Source: Octopus sinensis (lineage: Eukaryota). From it: 64,000 bases of DNA. This document shows, piece after piece, positions 1-13,734 of the stretch (the stretch's first letter is position 1; every line of letters starts with the position of its first letter). Both the position numbers and the translations under genes were made by a program. The notes below the pieces were generated by a model. The model did not search any database. It was not told where the DNA came from and was given only the letters and a program-made list of their open reading frames with translations. The stretch lies in NCBI RefSeq assembly GCF_006345805.1, contig NW_021837040.1:1-64000 (forward strand), given 5' to 3'.

Positions 1-183
1 GGGACAGATACGGATCCAAAGACATGCACACAAGTGTGTATGTGCGTGTATATATATATATATGCAAAACAATTAAGATTCAAATGAATTCAAATGAATT
101 CAAATGAATTCAAATGAATATGGTACGTAACTTAGATGCACCAGAATTCTTTATGGTATTAACCATAAAATTATGTGGGTGAT

Positions 184-758
184 TATAACCAAGAAAAAAG
201 CAACAAGAATGGATCGGTAGATTAGTACAATTGTTTCATACTATAAACATTTTATTTCAAGCTGCAAATATTACAGCAAATATAATTACAGCAAATATAA
301 AGTATTCATCAGCTAAATCACATATAGGTTTTCCAAATATCTTAGAGAGTGTAAATATCCTTATGAAGTTATAGGAGTGAGTTCCATGAATCTGAAGTAA
401 TATTCCAAGGAGACTATATATGTTTTCCAACAATATAAAGTTTTTAAAATGATTATTAACATCCCAGAGAAGATACATCTACTCATAAAGATGTGGGTAT
501 AAGTTCCAAGAGGCATGAGGAAAGATGCTGGTCATACCACGGTTAAGTTCGCATCTAACTGTTGCAGACAAAATTCTATAGTAGCAAGAAAGAGATATTT
601 ACACTCTCTAAGATATTTGGAAAACCTATATGTGATTTAGCTGATGAATACTTGACATTATATTTGCTGTAATATTTGCAGCTTGAAATAAAATGTTTAT
701 AGTATGAAACAATTGTACTAATCTACCGATCCATTCTTGTTGCTTTTTACTTGGTTAT
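184..758. repeat. Inverted-repeat element (arms ~184-359 and ~594-758), probable Penelope-type terminal repeat relic with a hammerhead in each arm
   Basis: caacaagaatggatcggtagattagtacaattgtttcatac... and agtattcatcagctaaatcacatatagg... recur as reverse complements at 594-758. Confidence 0.85.
634..723 (+). ncRNA. Type I hammerhead ribozyme motif (mirror copy at 220-319 on the minus strand)
   Basis: gatttag-CTGATGA-atact...agtat-GAAAC-aatt-GTA-ctaatc: intact core, paired stems I and II, palindromic stem III. Confidence 0.8.
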
Positions 759-871
759 ATATATATATGTATACATATATATATATATGTTTACACACAC
801 ACACACATATATATCAATATATATACATATATAAGATTATATACATACATATATATACATGTACGCATACT

Positions 872-903
<32 letters not shown>

Positions 904-1003
904 GAGAGAGAGAGTGAGTGAGTGAGAGAGATTGAGAGAGGGAGAAAGAGAGAGTGATAGGTAGACAGATATACATGTAGGTATGTATATATGTATGTAT
1001 GCG

Positions 1004-1034
<31 letters not shown>

Positions 1035-1368
1035 TTTAAATTTATATACGCATGTATGTATATACACGGATAATATGGGGATATATATTGATAGATATAT
1101 ATACAATATACTTACATGTCTGATGTCTTCGTACAATACTGTGGCTCTCAGAATATATATGTGCTTATATATGCGTAAATATATATATATATATGTATAC
1201 GCACACTCATGTATATGTACGCAGGTATGTATATGTATGAATGCATATATGCGTGTATATACGCCTATCAATACATATGTATGGGTTTCCTCAACTGTGT
1301 TATTGTCAATCTAGCTGGAGACCATGGGGCGACTAACCTATTCATAGATTTATGAACTGAACCTTACC

Positions 1369-1487
1369 GCTTACGGCCTTATCACGTTGAAAGCACCGGT
1401 TCTCGTCCGATCACCGAAGTTAAGCAACGTAGACCCTAGTTAGTACTTAGATGGGTGACCGCTTGGGAAACCTAGGTGCTGTAAGTT
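1369..1487 (+). rRNA. 5S rRNA gene, single dispersed copy
   Basis: GCTTACGGCC...CCGGTTCTCGTCCGATCACCGAAGTTAAGC...TTAGTACTTAGATGGGTGACC...GCTGTAAG, 119 nt, ending in a T run; cctag (1435-1439) pairs with ctagg (1472-1476). Confidence 0.93.
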
Positions 1488-1501
1488 TTACATATTGTTG
1501 T

Positions 1502-1925
1502 AGGCGCAAGAGTAGCTGTGTGGTAAGTAGCTTGCTTACTAACCACAGGCTTCCAGGTTAATTATCACTGCGTGGTACCTTGGGAAAGTGTCTTCTACTA
1601 TAGCCTCAGGCCGACCAAAGCCTTGTGAGTGGATTTGGTAGACGGAAACTCAAAGAAGCCCGTCGTATATATATATATACGTGTGTGTGTTGTGTGTGTA
1701 TGTGTGTGTGTGTGTGTATTTATGTGTTTGTGTGTGTCCCCCAAAATCGGTTGACAACCGATGGTGGTGTGTTTACGTCCCCGTAACTTAGCGGTTCGGC
1801 CAAAGTGACCTGTAGAATAAGTACTAGGGTTACAAAGAATAAGTCCTGTGGTCGATGTGTTCGACTGAACGCGGTGCTCCAGCATGGCCACAGTCAAGTG
1901 ACTGAAACAAGTAAAAGCGTAAAAG
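1502..1925 (+). mobile_element. tRNA-derived SINE with internal (TA)/(TG) microsatellite
   Basis: tRNA-like head aggcgcaagagtagctgtgtggtaag, body ggatttggtagacggaaact..., tail gactgaaacaagtaaaag; same family on the minus strand at 23293-23695. Confidence 0.8.
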
Positions 1926-2449
1926 CATTAACCTGTTCATAGACTTATGACCATTCTTTAATCTCATTAAGGCTATCACATCCAAACTGAAAATAATATT
2001 TTCCTCAAGAATTTTCTTCCTAGATACATTCGTTTTCTAAATGCTTCCATAGATTTTTTTTTTTTTTGGCCGAGGTTTTGACGGTAACACATATGTACTC
2101 GTTTAAATGTGCGTATCAATTTTCTGTATATTTTTGAAAGAATATGAGTGGCTATGCATGCTTATTATACACCTATCTACCTACATACCCTTATCTGAAT
2201 CTACATATTTTGTGGAAGTGATTTCCCTCCGCCTTAACACCATTATTTATGTACTTCATTTGTTTCGGTGACATTTTCCATACATATAAATGATTTACCA
2301 AATAAAAACGCACTTCATTTCAAAGGTTCCGAGGAAGCTATAAAGTGAAACACTAGCAGTCACATCTAAGTGCACAACATTAAATAGCAGAAACATCTCT
2401 AAAATATTTCATTACAAATTCTTATCCCCTTGTCATTACATTTATTCAC

Positions 2450-3316
2450 AAATATATGTGTGTGTGTGCATGTACATGTATAAAGGTATATAATGTATAT
2501 ATAAAATACATACATCATCTACATATTATATAATATATATATATATATATATTATATAGTTGTATAGTGTGTACATGTGTGTGTCTCTGTATGTATTTGT
2601 GCGTGATCTTAAATATATACACACAAATGTCCAAATGCATGTTCCAGTATATGTGTATACATGCACATATATATATAAATATATACATATATATTCATAC
2701 ACACCTATGTATGGATATATGATATATATATATATATAATGTATGTATGCATGTATGTATATATGTATGTATGTATCATAGAGAGATATACCTCTTCACA
2801 TCTAGTGATTGTATTACATATCCCACAATGCATTCATGCCAATAATTCTTTTTCTTCGAAATTTGTAAAATTGTGTAACTTCTTCAAATAAAAGATCTTA
2901 ATCAAAGAAGTGATTGTATTGAATTTTTATTATATTTCTCACCATTATCACCATCCTCCTCCTCCTCCTCCTCCTTATCATCATCATCATCATCAACATC
3001 GAGAGTGGTGGCAGCATCAGTGCCCTCGTTATTGTCGTTCTTTTTCACTTACACACACACACACACACGCACGCGCGCACACACACACATATATACATAC
3101 ACATATGTATGTGTGTATTTATCCTATTTATCGATCTGTATGTATATATATATATATATGTATACAATCATTATATGGATACATACATCATGCGTATATA
3201 CATACACTTATGCGCATACACACACACACGTACATACATGTATGCATACATACAAATATATTTATGTATTTGTAGACAGACAGACTAGATAAACACGCTG
3301 ATACATACATACATAG

Positions 3317-3356
<40 letters not shown>

Positions 3357-3486
3357 AGAGAGAGAGAGAGAGGTAGAGAGAGGTAGAGAGAGAAACAGAG
3401 AGAGAGAGATAGACAGACTAACAGATAGACAGGCAGACGGACGGATGGATGGATAGATAGATAGACAGAGAGATAGATAGACAGAC

Positions 3487-3569
<83 letters not shown>

Positions 3570-3835
3570 AAATACGAGTAATGTCACCGTCATTCAAGCA
3601 GTGAACTTCATTTGCAATCTTCCGTGAAAACATGTCTGGTCTATTACGAAATATGACCGCATGAGAGCATAGAGAAAAAACCCCACCAGAACATACAAAA
3701 GCGACTAAGATATGAAACATTGATATGTGTATGCGTGTGTGTGTTTGTCTGTGTGCGTGCGTGCGTGCGCATGTGTATGTTTGTATATATGTATGTATGT
3801 ATGTATCTATCTATCTATATACCTATCTGTCTATA

Positions 3836-3908
<73 letters not shown>

Positions 3909-4013
3909 TTGATAGATAGACAGATAGATAGATAGATAGATAGTAGATAGATAGATAGTTACATATATACATGTGCGCGCACACACAGAGGTACACTCAC
4001 AAACACACAAGCA

Positions 4014-4062
<49 letters not shown>

Positions 4063-4260
4063 ATATATATATATATATATATATTTGTTTTACTGCAGCG
4101 ATCTTCGTACAGTTACGTGCTTTTCTGCCCCTAACGCCATTCTCTTATCGAGCGGAGACATATTTCGCCATAGAGCAGACATGTTATCATTGGAAGATTA
4201 TAAATGAAGTTCACTGCTTGCATGATGGTGACATGACTTGCAATAACTATCTATCTGTCA

Positions 4261-4308
<48 letters not shown>

Positions 4309-4314
4309 GCCTGC

Positions 4315-4396
<82 letters not shown>

Positions 4397-4430
4397 GTCT
4401 GTCTGTCTGCCTGTTTGTCTGTCTGTCCGC
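2450..4430. repeat. Microsatellite cluster: (TA)n, (CA)n, (GATA)n, (GA)n, (TCTG)n, (TCTA)n
   Basis: Directly visible. Confidence 0.95.
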
Positions 4431-4627
4431 GGGAAGTTCAAGGAAGAAAAACATAACAACTAGCACTCAAAACAGGTGGTAGTGTATATTTATTCTTTAA
4501 AAGTTGGTGATTCATTACCCAGTGTTTCTCACAATGTGGTGTTCTTCAGGCAATAATAATGGAATCCTTTATCATTTAATTGCTGACTGAATGACTGCAT
4601 AATCATAATAATAACAATAATAATAAC

Positions 4628-4822
4628 AATCCTTTCTACTAAAGGCACAAGGCGTGACATTTTGAGGAGAGGACAAATCGATTAGATCGACTCCAGTACG
4701 CAACTGGTCTTTAATTTATCGACCCAGAAAGTATGAAAGGCAAAGTCGGCTTCGGCAGAATTTGAACTCAGAGCGTAAGAATGGACGAAATGCCGCTAAG
4801 CACTTTGTTCGGCATGCTAACG

Positions 4823-4823
<1 letters not shown>
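4628..4823 (-). mobile_element. SINE, second family
   Basis: B-box-like gagttcaaattc on the minus strand; related copy at 17333-17545. Confidence 0.7.
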
Positions 4824-4880
<57 letters not shown>

Positions 4881-5047
4881 TGGTGATGATGATGATGATG
4901 ATGGTGATGACGATAATAATATTAATAATAATATTGATAATAATAATAATAATAATAATAATAGTAATAATAATAATGATGATGATGATGATAATAATAA
5001 TAATAATTTCTTTTTCTTTACTGCTCACAAAGGGACTAAAAATAGAG

Positions 5048-5197
5048 GGGACAAACAAGGGATTAAGTCGAGTACATCGACCCCAGTGCGTAACTGGTAC
5101 TTAGTTTACCGACCCCGAAAGGATGAAAGGGGTCGGTAAATTAAGTACCAGTTACGCACTGGGGTCGATATAATCGACTTAATACCTTGTTTGTCCC
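5048..5197. repeat. Fold-back made of two inverted SINE fragments
   Basis: gggacaaacaagg...ttaccgacccc followed by ggggtcggtaa...ccttgtttgtccc around a ~12 nt loop. Confidence 0.8.
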
Positions 5198-5240
5198 TTC
5201 TATGTTGACCCCCTGGTGGGCAGTAATAATAATAATAATG

Positions 5241-5288
<48 letters not shown>

Positions 5289-5381
5289 TAATAATAATAA
5301 TAATAATAATAATGATAATAATAATAATGATAATAATAATAATGATAATAATAATAATGATAATAGTAATAATAATAATAA

Positions 5382-6345
5382 CCTCTCTATGGCAAATATC
5401 CAAAGAGAGCGAATAATGCAGATATCGACAAAGCCCTGACCCATCAATGGCTAATGGCCTCTGGCTTAAAATCTGAAACAGAGGGGTTTATCATAGCAGC
5501 TCAAGATCAATGCCTACCAACAAGAAACTACCAGGCCAACATATTAAAGATCAGAAGCAGCCCAACGTGTCGTGTATGCAAGCAACAAAATGAAACCATT
5601 GACCATGTGGTCTCCAAGTGCAGTCTTCTAGCGCCTACAGAGTATCTCAACAGGCACGATAGAGCTGCACAATATATTCACTGGGTAATCTGTAAAAACC
5701 TGGATTTGCCCCATGAAAAAAATTGGTGGGAACACAAACCACCCCCAGTGCTTGAAAATGACCACATCTCACTCCTCTGGAACTTCACCATTCAAACTGA
5801 CAGGAAGATAGATGCAAATAGGCCAGACATCATATTGAAAGACTTCAAACAAAGAACATGCCTCCTCATTGATATGATGTCCCAATCGATATAAACGTAT
5901 CTGTCAAGACCTACCAAAAACTAAGCAAATATAAAGATCTTGAAATAGAAATCAGCAAAATGTGGAAGCTGAAGACTAAAACAATACCTGTTGTCATAGG
6001 TGCCCTGGGAATGATAGCAAAAGGGGCTGATATCTACCTAACTCAGATACCAGGAAACCCAAAAAAATGCAGAAGTTCAAAAGATAGTGCTCATGGGAAC
6101 TGCTCATATCCTACGCAAAATACTCTCTATGTAATCTCAAGGTTTAAAACAAACATAATTTTCGGTTAAAAAAAAAAAAAAACCTTTTTTTTTTAGACAT
6201 TCATTAGTACAACATCCCCACCCCCCCAATATATGGCACACTAGGCATAACAACAACATGAACTTCCAACCCTGTTGTCTCTTGAGGTCTCTGGGTGAGA
6301 CTTGGAGCCAACTTGTACATATATAAAGCAAAAGTCAAATATAGA
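5382..6345 (+). mobile_element. 5'-truncated R4/Dong-type LINE, family B (zinc knuckle, REL endonuclease, 3'UTR)
   Basis: ORF 5454-5894 has CRVC..ETIDHVVSKC and RPDIIL..LLID; TAA repeats on both sides. Confidence 0.88.
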
Positions 6346-7084
6346 GTAATAATAATAATAATGATAATAATACTGATAATAATTATAATAATGATAATAA
6401 TAATAATAATAATATTAATAATAATAATAATAAATAATAATAATAATAATAATAATAATGATGATAATGATAATTAATAATAATGATAATAATAATAATA
6501 ATGATATAATAATGATAATATCTGATGATAATATAATAATAATAATAATAATATAATAATAATAATAATAATAATAATATAATAATGATGATAATAATGA
6601 TAATAATGATAATAATAATAATGATAATAATAATGATAATAGTAATAATAATGATAATAATAATGATAATAAACTGATAATAATTATAATAATGATAATA
6701 ATAATAATAATAATATTAATAATAATAATAATAAATAATAATAATAATAATAATAATGATGATAATGATAATAATAATAATAATGATAATAATAATAATA
6801 ATGATAATAATAATGATAATAATAATGATGATGATAATAATATAATAATAATGATAATAATAATAATATATAAAATAATAATAATGATAATAATAATAAT
6901 AATAATAATAATAATATGATAATAATAAAATAATAAATAATAATAATAATATAATATAATAATAATATATAATAGATAATAATGATGATAATAATAATAA
7001 TAATAATAATAATGATAATAAAGTAATAATGATGATAATAATATAATAATGATAATAATAATGATAATAATAGATGATGAATAC

Positions 7085-7126
<42 letters not shown>

Positions 7127-7344
7127 TGATAATGATAATAATAATAATAATAATAATGATACTAATAATAATGATGATAATAATAATGATAATAATGAAG
7201 AAGCACCAGCCTTGACAGCGGCTGGACGTGTTCCTCACTGCTCTGACAGTTCGGTGGCCGAAAGCCATAGAAACACTAATATGGGCCAGTTTAGCAACGG
7301 GGAAAAATAACTCTCAAAGACTGGAACATCTACAATACCTCGTG

Positions 7345-8290
7345 AGTATTTGAAATTCTCTTCAAAGTGGGTTAAGAAATTTACAAATTTACGTATCTAC
7401 AGCTTTCAAACATACATCCGATCGGCTTTAAAAACTTTAATACCCACAACTGCCTCTGTAAGCCACCCTTTTTCTTTCTTTCTTTTTTTTTTTTCTTCTC
7501 TCTCTAAAAACATCACGCTTTTCTTTTTTTTCTTTTTGTAGACTTGCAAACCCTAAAACTTTCTATGAATATCTGACTTTTCTTTGCTTCCTCCCAGAAT
7601 ATTCAAATATAAATGTAAACATATACTTTTTATTGCAAAAACACACCTGTTCTTCTAACTGGACATACAAACATCTCTAGAGGGGTCAACTTCAACCTCC
7701 ACAATATTACCTTGCACGAAATATACAAACACTTTTTATTGCAATAACACAAACGCACATGGAAAAAATAATGATGCTAAGATTCTCTCTGGTCGAACAC
7801 AGCCTCTCTATTCACAAATAATACAGAACAGCCCTTCAAAATAAGTTAAGAAATTTACAAATTTACATATCTACAGTTTTCAATCATACATTCGACCAGC
7901 TTTAAAAACTTTGATACCACAATTGCCTCTGTAAACATCCTTTTTTTTTTTTTTTCTTCTCTCTAAAAACATCACGCTTTTCTTTTTGTGGACTTTCAAA
8001 ACCGTAAAACTTTCTATGAAAATCTGACTTTTCTTTGCTTCCTCCCTAAATATTCAATATAAATGTAAACATATACTTTTTATTGCAAAAACACACCTGT
8101 TCTTCTAACTGGACATACAAACATCTCTAGAAAAGTCAACTTCAACCTCCACAATATTACCTTACACGAAATATACAAACACTTTTTATTGCAATAACAC
8201 AAACGCACATAGAAAAAAAATGATGATGCTAAGATCTCTCTGGTCGAACACAACTTCTCTATCACAAACAATACAGGACACCCCTTCCTT
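7345..8290 (+). repeat. Two-copy tandem duplication, ~474 bp unit
   Basis: gttaagaaatttacaaatttac starts at 7371 and again at 7845; downstream blocks repeat. Confidence 0.85.
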
Positions 8291-8870
8291 AATTTTTCTT
8301 AAGGCTAATAGTAGTAAACATCTGAACTTTTTTTGACCACCCAAAAAAAAAAAAAAAAAATAGTAATAGTGCTGATATTCTATCTATCTATCTACACACA
8401 CACACACAACCTCACCTCGGCTCTATTGTTAACCAAATATGAAAGTATTATTTGACAGGCAAGAACTCTGGCATTGAAGACAGTCAGCCAGCCAACCACC
8501 AAGCCAGCCAACGAGACAGATAGACACTACTGTGATGGTGATAATGATAAAAAAACAAAAATAACAATAAGATACTGCTGTGACTACACATAAAACAATA
8601 TCATTGATGATGATGGTGGTGATGGTGATGGTGATGATGATAATGATGATGGTAATGGTGGTGATAATGATGATAGTGATGGTAATGGTGAAGATAATAA
8701 CAATAATAGCCGACTACGGCTGCTATAATGGTACGATTATAATTGTAACGGCAATGATGGCCGTCTCCCCACGAGCCAATCAAAGCTAAAAAATGATAAC
8801 ATTATCGTAGCACCAAAATGTTTTTGAAACTAAAAGGAAAACTAAATCAGTATACCAAATCGCTTGTCCT

Positions 8871-11800
8871 ATGGTTAATCTGGAAGCGCGTCCCCCAGGG
8901 AAGAGCCAGCCTGGGATCGAAAAGTCATCAACTGGCACAAACTCTTCTCCGAATACGGACATGGATGGTCACTTGAACGGGAAATCCCCCAACTCGAGCC
9001 CTCCAAGTTCACCACCACAACCACCACAGAAAGAAAAATGTAAGCGGAACAAATGGACCCGAGAAGAGTATAAAGAAGTAATATACGCTTATTACTATGC
9101 ATTAGGTAGGCCATCTCAAGAGAGACACACCGCAAACTCTTACAGTATATGGAGAACACGGAATCAAGACAGTAAGCCCTATTTGGACGAGAACAAATTA
9201 GCAAATGTGAGGAGGGATATCTTTAGAAATAACAGACTCACAGACAGTGAAATAAGTGCGATCAAGCACGCAACGGAAAATGACATAAATATAAAGAACA
9301 AAGAAATGAAGAATCAGATGAACAGTATAACCCGCCACGAGGCTTAATTGAAAGACTGCCATCTGACCAAAGTACGCAAAGGCCTGAAGATACAAGAAAT
9401 TCTATTGTACCTGTTAACATAGCCAGGAAAACGAAAAAACAACAGTAACTGAAGATCTCGCATTTGCTGAAGAACACAGAGAGTCTATGGCAGAAATGAG
9501 GCAGAAAATCCTGAATACGCTTGAAGTTGTAAAACATACAAGTATGAATGATAGAGAACCGCTTCATAAACTCTCAAATACAACCAAAATAAGAAACAAA
9601 TCCAAATTGGCAACTATGTAACAAATGAAATAATACGAGAATTAAAACCTGATTTTACTGAGTTAAATGAAATTATTTACGCTTCTGCTAGGGCAATTGA
9701 AACCAGCTGTATGACCCCGAAAAACAAAGAAAACAAAACCTGGGAAGAAATCAAACCTGGAGAAGTAAAATTGAAAAAGAGATTGAATTTATGAGAGGGG
9801 AAATATCAATATTAAATGAACTAATATGTGGAAATGATGTAAGATCCAGAACAGGAAGAAAGATGAAGAGAAAATTGGATCCTCACCTAGAGAAGAACTG
9901 ATATCAATAAAAGAAACGCTGAAACAAAAAGTCCAAGCAAAAGCCCAAAGAATACGAAGATTTGAGAAGAGAAACAAGTTTTACAAGCAAAATAAGCTGT
10001 TCACATCCAATGCCAAAAAATTCTACAGAGAAATAGGGAAGGAGAAAGTAACCGTTAAAGACCCCCCCCCATGGAAGAAGTTCAAAACTTTTGGAAAGGA
10101 TTTGGAGTGACAAGAAGACGTACAACATAAATGCAGACTGGATTATACAAACTGAAGGATCCTACCAAAATTTACAACAACAAGCATGGGAAGACATCAC
10201 AATAGCAGACCTAAGAAAGGCACTCACGAAGGCCCATAATTGGAAATCCCCCGGTAAAGATAGGGTGCCGAATTTCTGGCTCGCATCGCTCCCGTGCGCA
10301 CACGGTAAGCTAGTTCAGCTGCTCAATGGAATTATGAGAGACCCAAAGAAAACACCTGAATGGTTAGCAAGTGGCATTACTTACCTACTCCCAAAGAATA
10401 ACGAAACCAACCTTCCAAAAAACTATCGGCCTATAACCTGTCTATCCACCACGTATAAAATCCTAACATCTATCCTGGCGGAGAAAACATATGCATTCAT
10501 GGAGAAGAACGATATCTTCCCCATTGAACAAAAAGGGTGCCGCCGAGGCTCTTACAGATGCAAAGATCAACTGCTAATCAATCGTATGATCCTTGAGAAC
10601 TGTCACAACAAGCGCAGAAATCTCAGCACCGCATGGATTGACTATAAAAAGGCCTTCGACAGTATACCGCATCCATGGATCTTGAGATCGCTGGACATCT
10701 TAAAATTTCCCCTGTGATTTCAAACTTCCTGAAGCACAATATGTCGTTGTGGAATACGAATCTCCAATTATACCACTCTAATGGAGTACTTGCCTCAGAA
10801 AATATAAACATCAACTGTGGAATTTTTCAAGGTGACTCACTTTCACCTTTAATATTCTGCATAGCCCTAATACCCCTTACAAGTGAATTAAACAGAACAG
10901 GGTATGGGTATAAAATTGCCAAAAAAAAATAAGCCATCTATTTTATATGGATGACTTAAAACTTTATGGTAAAGACAATAATGAACTTGAAGGCCTATTG
11001 CGCACCGTGAAAGCATTCAGCGATAATATCGGGATGGAGTTTGGACTTGAGAAGTGTGCCAAGGCCACTTTCCAGAATGGGAAAGTGAAGACCACAAATT
11101 CAGTCGTGTTAGATGTTGACACAGTCCTAAGAGAGCTTGAGCAAGAACAGACATACAAATATTTAGGGATAAATGAAGGCTCTGGTATTCAGCATGCAAG
11201 CATGAAAGAGAAAATCAGGAAGGAATGTTATAGGAGAGTTCGTGCAGTCCTGAAATCTGAACTAAATGCACGTAACAAGGTGTTAGCTATAAATTCCTTA
11301 GCAGTTCCAGTTGTTACTTATAGCTACAATGTGTTGAACTGGAATATGAGTGAAGTAAAGAATATAGATAGAAAAATACGCAAGCTGCTGAGTTGTAATA
11401 GGATGCACCACCCAAAGGCAGACGTAGATCGCCTTTACCTTCCCAGAGCCCAAGGAGGTCGAGGCCTGATCCAATTTGAACTAGCTTACAAAACAACCAC
11501 AATTGGACTGGCCAAATATCTCGAAATATCGAATGACTGGATGCTAAAGCTCGTGGAAAATCACGAGAGACGAAAGAAGCTTCATTCTATCATCAAGGAA
11601 AGCAAAAAATTTGCTATTGATCTCGTGCAGGATACCCAAACTGAACAACCCGAGGGAAGTACGGCAACTATTGTTGCAAAGAAGGTGAAAATGATGGCAA
11701 TGAAAAAAGCGCACGAGCAATTGGCTGATAGGTGGGAGGAGAAACCTCTGCACGGCAAATATGTGACCCACAGCAAACAAGCTGATGTTGACCAGAAGCA

Positions 11801-12672
11801 AACCCATCAGTGGCTGCGGAGCTCAGGGCTAAAAGCAGAGAGCGAAGGTTTCATCCTGGCTGCTCAAGACCAAAGCCTATTAACCCGGAACTACCAGGCC
11901 AATGTGATGAAAAATGGAGCAGACCCAAAATGCCGATTCTGCAACGACATGATTGAAACAGTGGACCACCTAATCTCTGGATGTAAAGTCTTAGCACCAG
12001 TGGAGTATAAATTAAGACATGACAGAGTTGGCCAATATCTCCACTGGCTAATAAGTCGGCATTACAATATCAAAACTGCCGACAAGTGGTATAATCACCA
12101 CCCTGAGGCTGTAACTGAAGGAGAAAATGTAACCATTCTGTGGGACTTTCCGGTACATACAGACCGAACCATCAAGGCCAATAAACCAGATATTGTTGTG
12201 AAAGACCAAAACAATAAAGTTTGCTTATTGATCGACATGAGCATCCCCTGTGATCATAATATCTCAGCGAAAGAGTTTGACAAGCTCAGAAAATATAAAG
12301 ACCTACTCATTGAAATTGAGAAAATGTGGCATCTCAATGCGGTTACAATACCAGTGATCGTAGGAGCACTAGGAATGATCAAGAAGGGAACCGAAAATTA
12401 TATGAGAATGATCTCTGGCTTACCATCCCTGCAAGAAGTGCAAAAGATTGTCTTAACTGGTACATCACACGTATTGAGAAGAGCATTGTCGATGTGAGAA
12501 CTGTTGCTGCTCATGTATTTTAATTTAACTTTAAAAAAAAAAAAAAAAAAAAGAACGAACTACTGAGTTTGGTTTAATGGCCTACCAATATACACTATGA
12601 GTTTCTTTGCCCTAGGAGTCGGGAAGACACTCGGCAAGAAATGGAAGAAAATTTGAAAGAAGAAAAAAAAGG
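8871..12672 (+). mobile_element. Near full-length R4/Dong-clade non-LTR retrotransposon, family A (RT, CCHC knuckle, REL endonuclease), frameshifted
   Basis: WTREEYKEV N-terminus, NYRPITCL, WIDYKKAFDS, GIFQGDSLSP, YMDDLKLY, CRFC..HLISGC, KPDIVV..LIDMSIP..K; 3' end runs into (TAA)n; true 5' end not defined. Confidence 0.92.
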
Positions 12673-12793
12673 AATAATAATAATAATGATAATAATAATA
12701 ATGATGATAATAATAATAATAATAATAATAATGATAATAATAATAATAATGATAATAATAATAATAATAATAATGATAATAATAATAATAATG

Positions 12794-12829
<36 letters not shown>

Positions 12830-12866
12830 TAATAATAATAATAATGATAATAATAATAATAATGAA

Positions 12867-12901
<35 letters not shown>

Positions 12902-12971
12902 TAATAATAATGATAATAATAATAATAACAATAATGATAATAATAATAATGATAATAATAATAATATAATG

Positions 12972-13008
<37 letters not shown>

Positions 13009-13043
13009 TAATAATAATAATAATGATAATAATAATAATAATG

Positions 13044-13075
<32 letters not shown>

Positions 13076-13076
<1 letters not shown>

Positions 13077-13645
13077 CCCTGATGCAGTACAAATTGCCCT
13101 GATGCAGTACCAGGCAGTGGCTCTCATGGCTTCTGATCTTAACTGATTGGAAGTGTTATCATGTACATTGTTTTGTCTTGGTATAAAAGATGGGCTACAG
13201 CAAATATTCTGCTCAATACCACAGATTTGCTTGTCAGTTGTTTGACCTTAACCAGTTGAGCATGTCCCTTAGTGGCTGACGATATGTGCATCTCTGATCA
13301 CGAGCAGAAGTAGTGGGGGTGCATCATAGCCATGTGTTGAGAGGGATTCTTTGGGGTTTGAATAGTTCACCTCTGGAAACATGGGTGGTTCTTTCAACAT
13401 CCTTAAGCAACCCTTATTCGGGGACCGTTTGAGCAGGATGGGCTACTCAACCTGAAGAAAATTCAAACTGGGCCCCACCTGCAAGGTCATGTGCTGTTTA
13501 TCTTGATATGGGATCACCGTGTCGCGCACATATGGTTGTGATGCATGTGCCTGGTGTACCCTTATCAGACGGGTAGTCATGATGGGTGTATTGGGCTTCG
13601 TATATTTTACCCCAGTGTCACTTTGATGGCATGCACTGCTCTCTC
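13076..13645 (+). mobile_element. Non-coding ~570 bp element inserted in the TAA tract, probably a non-autonomous retroelement
   Basis: Bounded by TAA runs, 5' duplication of tgccctgatgcagtac, no ORF of its own. Confidence 0.55.
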
Positions 13646-13716
<71 letters not shown>

Positions 13717-13734
13717 TAATAATAATAATAATAA

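Noticed and set aside
77-119. (attcaaatga)n and other regular repeats as CRISPR-like arrays
   Set aside because: Plain minisatellite with no unique spacers; eukaryotic context, no cas genes
791-4463. Many ORFs rich in YI, CV, HT, LSIY, poly-I or poly-N, here and throughout the window
   Set aside because: Translations of microsatellites, not genes
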